Shown one piece after another: positions 52,609-64,000 of a stretch of 64,000 nucleotides of DNA; position 1 is the first letter of the stretch; each line of letters begins with the position of its first letter. The notes beneath the pieces were generated by a model. That model was not told the DNA's origin. It saw nothing but the letters and a program-made list of their open reading frames with translations, and searched no databases. Origin of the DNA: Mobula hypostoma. Taxonomy: Eukaryota. Position numbers and translations under genes: made by a program. The stretch is taken from NCBI RefSeq assembly GCF_963921235.1, contig NC_086097.1:61940001-62004000 (forward strand). The letters run 5' to 3'.

Positions 52609-52876
52609 CAGATTCATCTTGTTTACAATGGGCAGAAGGGCAGGGATCAGCAGATCAATGTTGAAGTGACCACTGAACGTGGTGTTTTACACTCTGCTGA
52701 ATGTCTCCGCAGGTATTGATGTGGTTCACAGATACATTTTGTGCTTTGCGGCACAGGTGCATTTTCACAGGCTGCTTCGAAGCACCGTTCGCCTCAGTCA
52801 TTTTATTTCCAACTGACAGTACCATGCCCTGCCAGTGAATCCCTATCAGCATTCTCTAATTTCCTCTAAATGGAGT
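52609..52876 (-). other. Candidate spliced exon (non-coding or 5'UTR)
   Basis: Acceptor ctttttctccttgcttttattcag, donor CTG|gtaagg; stops in all three frames. Confidence 0.4.
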
Positions 52877-53714
52877 CTGAATAAAAGCAAGGAGAAAAAG
52901 CGACACTGCCTCAGGACAGAAAAGAAAAAGAAAATGAGGCCTACATTAGGTGCATGCTTTCACTCAAGCTTATAAGCCCTGCAGCTCCTTCGAGGATATA
53001 TTTAAGGAGGTATACTTAAACCAGCAATGCTTTCATAAAGAAACACTAAAGGGTTTTTTTTTCTTGGTCCTACTGCACCCAATTGTGCCTCTAACTTGGC
53101 ATGTTACTTTTGAAGGAACTTTACATTAAAAGGCTTGAGGATTTTGAGTGCAGCATAAAGGTATTAAACTGTTTACCTGTGTCAATGTCCAATTAAGTGC
53201 TGATATGTTGAATAAAGCTATAGAGGTGCAGTCAGATTTGGTAAATGAAGAAGCTCATTTTATCCACTTTGAAATTGATGCCAGGATCAGATTAGCGAGC
53301 TATAATTGAATGACAGACCAGACTTGAGGCATCCTATAGTCCATTCCAGTTCCTGCTTCTTATATTCTTATGCTCACCTAGACAAGTGGAAAAAAAACGC
53401 AGAAGTAAAGCACAAGTGCCATCTTATGAACCAATCCTTCCCAAAATCTATTTTTTTTATCACTATTTCTCAGCTTCTCTTGAGACTGGTGTAATTGGGA
53501 TATTGGACAGCAAGAACTGCTTACTGCTTGAATGCTGTAACTACCTGAAAAACTATTCATGGTAAAAAAAAAAGAAAGAAGTGTCTGACTGCAGGGGGAA
53601 ATGAACCATGAGGAGATTGAGACTTTGGGGCAGAATTAAAGTTAGCACAAGGAAACCTAATTATGGAGCATGTTGATGGACAACCCTTTGTGACCTGCAT
53701 GACTCATCAATTTG

Positions 53715-53852
53715 TCAGCCCCTGGACTGAGGGGGAGGGGCAAGGCGAAATCACCTTTATACAGGACTCTGTGGGAGGAGCCACAGGGGCAGTCAGCAGA
53801 GGGGGGTGTCCAGACAGGTAACCCAGTTACAACATATATATGGTTTACCACA
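53715..53852 (-). repeat. 3' LTR, distal about 90 bp missing
   Basis: Direct repeat of about 57945-58078, immediately after the PPT. Confidence 0.9.
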
Positions 53853-56800
53853 TTCACCCCTCGTTTTTAAAAAAGAGTCCCGCGGGGTGAAGTGACTGAC
53901 AATATTTAAAACAAGTATATTTACAGGTCAAGTCTATCAGGCGGTCGAGTCCGTCGCTGTGATCTACGTAGCACCGGCGGTGATTGCACAGGCGATGGCG
54001 GTTATGCTGGCTCCGGCCTGACTTGATGTGCCAGCACGTTAGGCGTTGGTAATCCCTCGTGCGTGTGTGTCGCGCCTGGTATGGGAGTGTCGTGTGGTGT
54101 CTGTGTAGGGCTTGGAGTGTGTGGTGTCTCATGGGTACATATATCAGTGGGTACGGGATCAATAGTCACCATGGAGTGTTCAGGGTAGGGGCCTGGAGCT
54201 CCTGCGGGTGCCAGGTCACAGATGGAGACCGTGTCCTCCCACCCATCAGGTAAAACAATGTAGGCATACTGGGGGTTCGCATGAAGTAAGTGAACCCTCT
54301 CGACCATCGGGGAGTATTTATTGCTCCTCACATGTTTCCGGAGCAACACTGGCTCCGGGGACATTAGCCAAGTTGGTAGGGTGGTCCCAGTGGTCGACTT
54401 CCTGGGAAAAGAAAAGAGTCGCTCATGAGGGGTGGCATTGGTGGCTGTGCATAACAGGGAGCGGGATGGAGTGGAGTGCCTCAGGAAGGACCTCCTGCCA
54501 GCGGGAGACCGGCAGTCCCTTTGACCTGAGGGCTAAGAGTGTGGCTTTCCACACCGTGCCATTCTCCTTCTCCACCTGTCCATTCCCCCGGGGATTACAG
54601 CTCGTGGTCCTACTAGTTGCAATTCCCCTAGCCAGTAGGTATTGGCGCAGCTCGTCACTCATAAACGAGGACCCTCTGTCACTGTGGATATAGCATGGGT
54701 ATCCGAACAGAGTGAAGAGCTTGTGCAGGGCTTTTATAACTGACGTGGTAGTGGTGTCGGGGCAGGGGATGGCGAAGGGGAACCACGAGTACTCGTCGAT
54801 AACGTTAAGAAAGTACACATTGCAGGCAGTGGAGGGAAGGGAGCTCTTAAAGTCAACACTCAGTTGCTCAAAGAGGCGGGTGGCCTTGATGAGTTGTGCC
54901 TTTTCGGGTCGGTAGAAGTGCGGTTTGCACTCTGCGCAGACTTGGCAGTCCCTGGTCATCATCCTGATCTCCTCAAGGGAGTAAGGCAGATTCCAGGCTT
55001 TCATGAAGTGGAAAAGCCGGGTGACTCCCGGGTGGCAAAGATCTACATGTAGGGCGTATAGCCAGTCGATCTGCCTGCTGGCGCACGTTCCCCAGGATAG
55101 GGCATCGGAGGGCTCGTTGAGCTTCCCAGGCCTGTACATGATGTCAGAGTTGTAGGTGGAGAGTTCAATTCTCCACCTCAGAATTTTATCATTTTTGATT
55201 TTGCTCCGCTGTTGTTTATTAAACATGAATGCGACTGAGCGCTGGTCAGTTTGCAGGGTAAACCTTTTGCCGGCAAGATAGTGCCTCCAGTGCCTAATAG
55301 CTACCACTATGGCCTGTGCCTCTTTCTTTACTGCAGAGTGCTGAATTTCAGGGCTTTGAAGGGTACGGGAGAAGAACGCCACTGGTCTTCCTGCCTGGTT
55401 GAGGGTAGCAGCCAGTGCAAAGTCGGAGGTGTCACTCTCCACTTGGAAGGGAATGGCCTCATCCACCGCATGCATTGCTGCTTTGGCAATGTCCCCTTTA
55501 ATGCTGCTGAAGGCTGCTCGGGCCTTGGCTGAGAGGGGGAATGTGGTGGACATGACCAGGGGGCGGGCCTTGTCTGCATAGTTAGAGACCCATCGGGCTT
55601 AATATGAAAAGAAGCCCAGGCACCTCTTGAGGGCTCTGAGGGTGTTGGGAAGAGGAAGATCCAACAGGGGGTGCATACGGTCGGGGTCAGGGCCAATGAC
55701 TCCGCTCTCCACGACACACCCAAGGATAGCAAGTCGGGTGGTCCCGAATACACACTTGTCCTTGATATAGGTGAGGTTGAAAGATTTGGCCGCTTGGAGA
55801 AATTTTTGGAGGTTGTTGTCGTGATCCTGCTGGTTGTGACCACAGATGGTGATGTTATCCAGATATGGGAATGTGGCCTTCAGTTGGCACTGGTCCACCA
55901 TTCGGTCCATTGCCCTCTGGAAGACAGATACACCATTCGTGACACCGAAGGGGACGCGCAGGAATTGATAAAGCCTGCCGTCCACCTCAAAGGCGGTGTA
56001 AGGGCAGTCTCTCCGGTGGATGGGGAGCTTATGGTAAGCGGATTTTAGGTCTATGGTCGAGTACACCTTGTACTGTGCTATCTATTGACCATATCCGTGA
56101 TGCGGGGTAGAGGGTACGCGTCGAGCTGCGTGAACCTATTGATGGTCTGGCTATAGTCCATGACCATCCTATTCTTCTCCCCGTTCCGAACAACCACCAC
56201 CTGCGCCCTCCAAGGATTTGTGCTTACCTCAATGACCCCCTCCCTGAGCAGCCGCTGCACCTCCGACTTAATGAAAGCTCTGTCCCCCGCGCTGTACCTC
56301 CTGCTTTTAGTTGCCACAGGTTTACAGTCGGGGGTCAGGTTGGCGAACAGCGGTGGGGGAGAGATCCTGAGGGTGGAGAGGCCGCAAGTGGCGTTGGTAG
56401 TGCGGCAGTTGGCATGGTGTTGGATGTGCGGGTTGGTGTGTGTGTGTGTGGTCAGTAGCGGGGTATGTGACGTATCCCTACAAAACTGGGGATTTACGAC
56501 AGTATTGGTGGGAGGGGCCCATCGTACTTCATTGTCATGCTTTTCAGGTGGCTCTGGAAGTCGAGCCCCCATGGCACAGGGGCACACAGTTGAGGCATGA
56601 CCAGTAACGTAAAGTCTCGATATTCTGTGCCCTGCACTACTGGCGTTGCTACACAACCCCCCCGGATGTCTATTGTATGTGACCCGGAAACCATGGCGAC
56701 CCTCTGACTTACCGGCCGTATCACGAGTCTGCAATGCTGCACCGTGTCCGGGTGGATAAAACTCTCCGCGCTGCCTGTGTCAAACAGGCAGCTTGTCCTG

Positions 56801-57849
56801 CGCCCCTCCACCAGGATGTCCATCATTGACCTTGCAAGCTGGTGGGAAGAGCTTTGGTCGAGGGTCACGGAGGCCAGGGTTGAGTCGCTGTCTTGGTCCA
56901 GCACGGTGGGGTGCCCTGTGAGCACCTGTTGGTCATAGGCGGTGGGAAGGGGCGCCGACCAAGATGACCACCCCCATGTCTCGCATGTGGTGGCGGCGTG
57001 CAGGGAAGATGGCGACCCCCCGTGTCTCTCACGGGGTGGCGGTGTGCAGGGAAGATGGCAGCAGGCACGATGGTGACCCCCACATCTTGCTTGATCCCGC
57101 TCGTGGTTTGGACTTACAGACCTTGGCGAAGTGGCCCTTCTTTCCGCAACTGGAGCAGGTAGCTTATCGAGATGGGCAGCATTTCCGGGGGTGCTTCTCC
57201 AGTCCGCAGAAGTGGCACTTCATAGCAGCCGAGGTCAATTCGGCGGCGGGTTGCGGGGTCTGCGGCGCCAACGAGCCGTCGGGGGATCACGTGCCTGGAG
57301 AGTCTCGGAGTTATGCACAGCAGCCTCCAGCATGTTGGCCAGCTCAATCGCCAAACTTAAGGTAAGATCGGCTCTTTCCAACAGCCGCTGGCATACATAC
57401 ACTGACCTGGTCCTCATTACAAAGGCGTCCCTCACTAGGAGTTCTGCATGTTGCGCCGCCGTCAGCTCCTGGCAATTGCAGGCTCTCACGAGTGTCCGTA
57501 GGGCCTGGACGAACTCAGCACTTGATTCCCCGGGCCGTTGTTGCCATGTTGCTGAGTGATGCCGAGCATAGATGCTGTTTATCGGCTGCAGGTATTGGCC
57601 TTTGAGGGCGCTCATCGCGCCGTCATAGCTCGGCTGGTCTCTGATCAGCGAATAGACCCGTGGGCTTACCCTGGAGAGTAGAACTCTGCACTTCGCTACA
57701 GGGTGGGTCGCTCTAATCTCCTCTAGGTACGCTTCGAAGCAAGCCAGCCAGAGTTCAAAAACGTTTCCAAATTCAGGCCTTTGTGGATCAAGGTCTAACT
57801 TGTCGGGTCTCAGAGTGTTCCATGCATTAAAATTTACAGTGAATAAAAT

Positions 57850-58078
57850 TGAAGCACCTTCAATAACTCCAAAAGACTGAAGTTGGGTAAGATACTGAAA
57901 GGCTTTTATTCGCTGTACAATACGACCTCCATGCTGAGTGTCTTCCCCTGGACTGAAGGGGAAGGGCAAGGCGAAATCACCTTTATACAGGATTCTTTGG
58001 GAAGAGCCACAGGGGCAGTTAGCAGAGGGGCGTGTCCAGACAGTTAACCCAGTTACAACATATATATGGTTTACCACA
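57850..58078 (-). repeat. 5' LTR (TG...CA, about 229 bp)
   Basis: Matches 53719-53852 with 8 mismatches in 134 bp; TATAAA at 57982-57987; AATAAA at 57905-57910; inner boundary inferred. Confidence 0.85.
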
Positions 58079-58113
58079 GAAGGGTTGATGATACATACAA
58101 TTTTTTCTCTATT

Positions 58114-58116
<3 letters not shown>

Positions 58117-58148
<32 letters not shown>

Positions 58149-58152
58149 GTCT

Positions 58153-58187
<35 letters not shown>
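58117..58187. repeat. (CT)n microsatellite
   Basis: Seen directly. Confidence 0.97.
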
Positions 58188-59799
58188 TGCTTCTATCTGC
58201 AGACACATTACAGGATGAGAACCAGCCTCGCATACCAAATGAGGGTAAAAACACGGAAAGTCTGCCAAGGTCATGATTTCACATTTCAGGCAAACAAAAA
58301 GCCCACAGCTTCCTGAGACTGCTGCTTCAGAGCTGAGAGCAGAAAGTATATTTTCTTTATCCCTACTTGTTAAAAGATAACATTGTTGAAATCACACCCA
58401 AGATGAATGTTATGGGATTAAAAGAATGAAAGAAGAGCACTGCGTTTATAGAATCATTAGATTTTACAATGCAAATGTCAGTCGTTTAACCTGTTTGGCC
58501 ATCAATTTAATTGTACCTTTAAACAGAGAGGAGAAGATTGCTTGAACCTCTTTAGATTATCCTACGGTCCATAGATGGCTGCAGCCAGGACATTATTATC
58601 ATTTACACAAGCACCATTGCTGCTTAATGCCTAGATGCCTGCTTGTGGCATGGAGGGTGGCTAAGTTATTTCCATGACCACTGAAGTACTTGGGTACCTT
58701 AGATGTTAGAAGAGCTGAATACTTATGAATAAATATCCAGCACCTCTGAAACATGGTCTGGAGTGAAAAGGAAAACACTTATCAACACAAAATGTCTGAA
58801 GAATTTCAGAGGGGGCAGCAAGCCATCAGACAACACTTTGCAAGTTCTAGCTCAGACAGTGAGAACACTTTCTCTGTCATCTCACACACAAGGAGCAGTG
58901 GAAGAAGTAGGAAAGAATATTAATATTAAAGACATAGCCAGGACATGACGCAATACTGAATCTCATTTGATGACCTCACCAGAACTGCCGATGTATACAA
59001 ATTATTCTTTTCCATCTCCAGCCTCACATTAATTCATTCATTTGGTATCTTGCACCATTCTATAAGTATTTCAGTTCAAATCACTCCATTTCCTTTTCCT
59101 TCAAGCTCAAGTACGCACCAGTGTAACACTTCCTCACACCACCTGTCTTCCAAACCGCATGCCACATATTCAACCACAACAGGGACTTTCATTGGACATC
59201 ACACAAAGCTCACTACCACACATCCTCTCGGTTAAGAACCTAACACAGTGGAAACACATCAATGCAGCGTGGCTTATGCTCTGTAAGTATGTAACGGTAT
59301 GTCAGTACCATTGTCACCTGTTTAGCCAACCAGCAAAATTATTTGAGTAAACAAGTGTACAAGTTCATCTGGACATTCAGTGTCTTCATTAACATTGTGT
59401 TGCGTGAAATGCCTGAGTCTTGGCCGATGCCAAAGAGGAGACTGCAGACTATTTGTACATAGGAAGAAAGAGGCTATTCATCTGAAGGATCAGCTCCGAC
59501 AATAGAGGCCACTCCTGCTCCTTCACCCTCTCCTCTTCTACTTCCTCTTCCATCAAAGTTATTCAATTCTACCACCTGCATTTTCTCCAATTGTCCTTCT
59601 CTTCCACTTCCTTCATCTTTCCTTCAGCTTTTCCTCCTCTAGTTTTCCCTCCACATACAGCTACTTATTTTTTATTCCTTCACCCTAATCTTCTCCATTT
59701 TTATGTCTTTCTATTCTTCCACCTTTACCTTCTCCATCTGCTATTACTATGTTATCCTCCTTCTGGGTCTTTTTTCTCCTTTGGAGGTTTTTTTAGGAC

Positions 59800-60416
59800 A
59801 ACACAGTGGTGTAGTTATCAGCATAATACAGAGCCAATGATCACCAGTTGGAGTTCAATTCCCTCCGCTGTCTGTAAGGAGATTTTGCACTCTCTCATGA
59901 TTGTGTGGGTTTCCTCCAGGTGCTCAGGTTTCCTCCCATATTTCAAAAACATATGGTTGGGGTAGTACAATGTGAGCATGCTATGTTGGTGCCAGAAACC
60001 TAGCGACACAATTAGATTAGATTTGACACCGACAACTCATTTCACTCTATGGCTTAATGCAGTGGTCCCCAACCTCCAGGCCGCAGACCGATATGGGGCC
60101 GCGAAGAATGCAGCGGTAGCTGGAACGCACCCAGCGCATCTTTAAGAAAAGAGCCGAAATAAACAAGCTAATTAATTAGGTGCTGCCCGGCACATAAATA
60201 TCGGCCCAGATCAGAGGCAACGCAATCAGCAAATGCCTGTGATCTGGGCCAACATTTATGTGCCGGGCAGCACCTAATCAATTAGCTTGTTTATTTCAGC
60301 TTTTTCCTTAAAGATGTGCTGGGTGTGTTCCGGCTGCCGCTGCACCCAGTATCGGTCCGTAGCCTGGAGGTTGGGGACCACTGGTTTACTGTACATGTGG
60401 CAAATCAAGCTAATCT
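59800..60416 (+). mobile_element. tRNA-derived V-domain SINE (HE1-like), tail interrupted by a MITE
   Basis: B box gagttcaattcc; V core gtgggtttcctccaggtgctcaggtttcctccca; tail resumes tacatgtggcaaatcaagct after the MITE. Confidence 0.7.
60060..60383. mobile_element. Palindromic hAT (Charlie-like) MITE, 324 bp
   Basis: TIR cagtggtccccaacctccagg / cctggaggttggggaccactg; arms about 150 bp; degenerate 8-bp TSD gcttaatg / gtttactg. Confidence 0.9.
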
Positions 60417-62699
60417 TCCTCCCCCCTCCTTCTCTATGTACTCTCCTCCATTTAAATTTGCTGAGGCTCAGATGATTTTCTTTACATGAAAAGAATGAAC
60501 TTTTGTGTTTTTTTCTGGGCTGACTCAATGTACTAAGATTACCTGCTGAGTGCAATAATCAAAATAGCACTTAACTCCCACGTCTTGCAAGCTGGCCAAT
60601 ATGCAATGGTGTACGATGGCAGTAATTCCCAATTCTCTTTCTCCACTGTTCCAAAATGTTATCAGCAAAGTATGGGCCTATGGTGAGTTAGGAACATGCC
60701 CCTCTCCTTGAATTGCAATCATATGAGCACTCAGTCCTCTATGCCAAGCTTACTTGCCAGCACGAGTATGATAAAGACATAAGGAAGTAAGTTATATGCA
60801 AATAGATTTTGCCACTTAGTCTCACACTGAATTTTGTTGGCTCTCCCACAGGGAGAGTCTCTGTTTAGTGCCCACATTTTTACTCCCACACTATAATAAT
60901 CTTGTTTGTTACTGGCAGCCAGAAATTTCATTTGAGGAATGTTGATGCAGTTATTAGTAAGGGCCTACATGACCATGCAGTTTGTTAAGAAATTCTTAAA
61001 ATTTCTCTGGAGTAGATTGAACTCTCATGGCTGCACATAAATTCTAAACCTGCTATGAATTGTTCTATTCTTTTACAAATTTATCCACAGCACAATTGTT
61101 TCAGTCTACCCTTGAATGATGTGTGAATGATTTATGGTTCTGTAATTTTAAATAAGTTCCATTATTTTTGTGTATATTTATGAGAAAATTTTATCTTAGA
61201 TAAGCATAGTAATTTAGACTGTGTAGCTATGAATAACAACATTATTACTGATGAGTCTTGATGAAGGGTCTCAGCCTGAACTATCGATTCTTTATTCCTT
61301 GATCTCTGCCTGCCCTACTGAATTCCTTCAGTATTTTGTGTGTGCTGATCAAGATTTCTGGCATCTGCAGAATCTCTTGTGTATGCAACATTCTTACCAT
61401 TGAATTGGCTAAATTTATCTTTGATGTGGTTCAATTAGTGTAAACTCACTTCCTGTAGGATTTTTGTTCCCTACTCCATACTCAATCACAACTAAATCTT
61501 AGTATTTATATTTTGCTTTGTTAGAAATGAATATACTTGAGATGTTCTGAATCTCACTCAAAATACTTACAGCAGAACAGCTGCAAGTGTGAAGTTCATC
61601 AGCACTGAAGAACACAGCCCCCAAGAGCTATTTTCGCAAATGATATTAACATAAAATGTCATAACAGGATCATTTGTTATAATGACTTCACCGTACATTT
61701 TGCAAACATTTTAATCAACAGTATTTGTGATGCAATTTACATGAATTGCTTAGACTATTACATAATTAATTTCACAATGTGTTCTAATCAGATCATTTGC
61801 CTTTTAGCTTAATTTAATGAAATTCCATCATCATGACTTGTTAATTTGATTATAATGGAATACCACAACATTTTGTCTACACACCATCTAAAAGATGACA
61901 ATATAGTTGTTTGCTTATTTTAACTATCATTTCCCTGATTTGCATAACCATTAGCTTGTGCTACCAGCTTTCAATGACACGGTGTTGAAAGTGGTACATT
62001 TATTCACACACATCTATTACACTGATATTTGTAGACATCAAGTTAAGCAACCTCTATACCAAGAAACATGGTCTACATGCCCATTTAATGCTGGACTGTG
62101 ATTTTCCACATGAAAGAATGCAGCTTAACAGGCAGAAGAATCTTATAGTCGTTACTTCCAGTTGGATTTCTGCCCAGATTGCTGGGATGTCGTGTCAGTA
62201 ATTTAATTTATGCTTCATCCTGTGCTCTTTTCTGATTTCTATCGCACAGATACATCTATGGAGGTCTTTGTGATTCCATATAAATCAAGATATACTCTTA
62301 TTTGTTGCAGTAGAAATAAAAACCTTTATTAACTTTCTTTGTTATATTTACCAGTGAAATAAAACAAAGGACTTTCTTAAATAACATATTTCACATTCTA
62401 GTCAGTATGGAAAGTTCCACGGCTGAAACCTTGGGAACAAAAATAAAAAGTAAGATCTAGAGTTAATGGAAGTAGTGCTCAGAGTGTGATAATATTTAAT
62501 ATAATTAATATTACTCAATTTATAGAAAGTAAATGGGATAATTTAAGAGCAATTCATAGCAGGATAGCTCATTCAAATTGGAAAGCTCATCTTGTGAATT
62601 ATGGGAGGCAAGGGACTCCACCAGTGTCCAGGGTGAAAATGTCAGCAGGAAGCGTCTTCAGCCACAGCCACTTGTAATCTACATGTTGGAGCTGGAGCT

Positions 62700-64000
62700 G
62701 CAAATGGAGTCATCATGGCACAAGTGACAGGCTGAGATCTCTGTGGATAGCACATGTATTGAGATAGTCACACCCTAAGCAAAGACTACACAAGCAGAGA
62801 GGTAATGGGTGAATGGAATGAGGAAAAGACAAAGTATGGGAAGACAGATAGACCAAGAGTCCCCTGCACTACCCCAAGCTCCCAAACAGATACACTGTTC
62901 GGTTACCCTTCGAGGGGAGGACTTCTCAGGAGAATATCACAAAAATCAATTTTCTGGCAACACAGATGGCTCATCTGCACAGGAGAAGAGGAGGAAGAGT
63001 AGTAAAATCTATAGTGATAGCGGAATTGATGGGTGTTTCTGCAGTTGCGCTGTGTGATTCTGAGTGAACTGGTGCTGAAGTTCCTAATTTCATGGAACAG
63101 ATGCTGGAGCTTTTGGTTTAGGATGATCAAGTTAAGGGTCATGGTACATATTGGGCCCAAAAAGGTAAGTGGAAAAGGAGATGAGTCCTTCACACTGCAT
63201 AAAGAGAGTTAGGAAATAAATTGAAATGCAGGACCTCAAAGGCAGTAATCTCCGAATTATTCCCAGTATCTCCAACATTGAATAACAGAAATCAGAGAAT
63301 GGAAAAGATGAAACTATGACTATAGGGATGGTGTAGGAGGTATGAGGAACTGAAATGCTAATTTTAGGGTATTAACCTCAGTCTGTGGGGGAGGTGGTGT
63401 GGTGAAAAAAAACTAGAAAGTTTATATTAACTCAGTTCTGGGACTGATATTCTCTTCAGGATGTTTGCTGATGTTATTGGAAAAGATTTAAACAGTACAG
63501 CAGGGGGTGTTTACTAAGCAGGGACAGAGAGGGAAGGTAGGTTAGAAATAAAACACAGAAAATAGCAAAGGAAGAACGAAGGGAAAAGAAGGAAGAACTA
63601 TAGAAAGCCACAATAGACACAACTGATGAAGTTAATGTAAGGAAAAATGATGGAAAACAACCTTCAGTAGTCTGTATCACATAATATCCAAAACCCAATC
63701 AATAAACTAATAACTCAAATAGAGGTAAATATGTATATGTATGATCTTACACTCTCTGTGTTGACATGGTCACAGGATCAAAGCTGGGAATTCAATATCT
63801 TGGGATATTTGACTTTTAGGAAGAACATTCAGTAAGAAAACAGTGTTGGGTAGTTCTGATAATAAGAAATGAAATAAATACAGCTGGGAGTGATGATCTA
63901 AGTTTAGAAAATATAGTCCATTTGAATAAAAGGAAAGGAAGGTTAAGGAATTAGTAGCATGCAGTCGCACATTGCCGCAGTGTGGAAAAGAGTAGAAGTC
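62700..64000 (+). mobile_element. Very decayed CR1 5' region (esterase-type ORF1 and APE start)
   Basis: Remnants VMVHIG, RTSKAVISELFP, WEFNILGYLTFRK. Confidence 0.6.

Larger units (their letters stand above)
53715..58078 (-). mobile_element. Ty3/Gypsy LTR retrotransposon (gag-PR-RT-RNaseH-IN), frameshifted; 3' LTR truncated
   Basis: Gag ELLVRDAFV and CSSCGKKGHFAKVC knuckle; protease LFDTGS; RT DLKSAYH, PFG, YLDN; RNase H; integrase H-H-C-C with SVDFK, HSDRG, GQVE; PPT aaaaacgaggggtgaa at 53853-53868. Confidence 0.95.

Noticed and set aside
57235..58254. 339-aa ORF with an RE-repeat N-terminus
   Set aside because: Read-through of the (CT)n microsatellite and LTR into gag; the likely gag start is near 57823
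1..64000. CRISPR array, rRNA, known miRNA or intact host gene
   Set aside because: No repeat-spacer array or recognisable sequence; short host exons could be missed without alignment data

Overview
Eukaryotic, transposon-dense, apparently intronic or intergenic vertebrate DNA. The repeat content (CR1/HER1-type LINEs with short tandem tails, V-type and Deu-type SINEs, Rex1/Babar LINEs, Penelope elements) suggests a cartilaginous fish; this is an inference. I found no intact host protein-coding gene. Most long ORFs are retroelement pseudogenes or their antisense shadows. Main components: many CR1 copies (three young near-identical ones), a nearly complete L1 (39487-45148, minus), a Ty3/Gypsy LTR retrotransposon (about 53715-58078, minus), Penelope-like GIY-YIG insertions with target-site duplications (TSDs), a Tc1 remnant, hAT MITEs, a Nimb-like 3' fragment and several SINEs, often nested. 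Most interesting: (1) the Gypsy element has no tRNA primer-binding site (PBS) but carries 14 nt complementary to its own LTR poly(A)-signal region, and has a YLDN RT motif; (2) the Penelope elements carry minimal type-I hammerhead ribozymes and show an asymmetric inverted-end architecture, collapsed in one case to a 36-bp insertion; (3) a 206-bp locally templated inverted insertion; (4) a promoter-like motif cluster in the L1 inter-ORF spacer; (5) candidate non-coding or 5'UTR exons on the minus strand. All alignments and mismatch counts were done by eye, and boundaries of decayed repeats are approximate.
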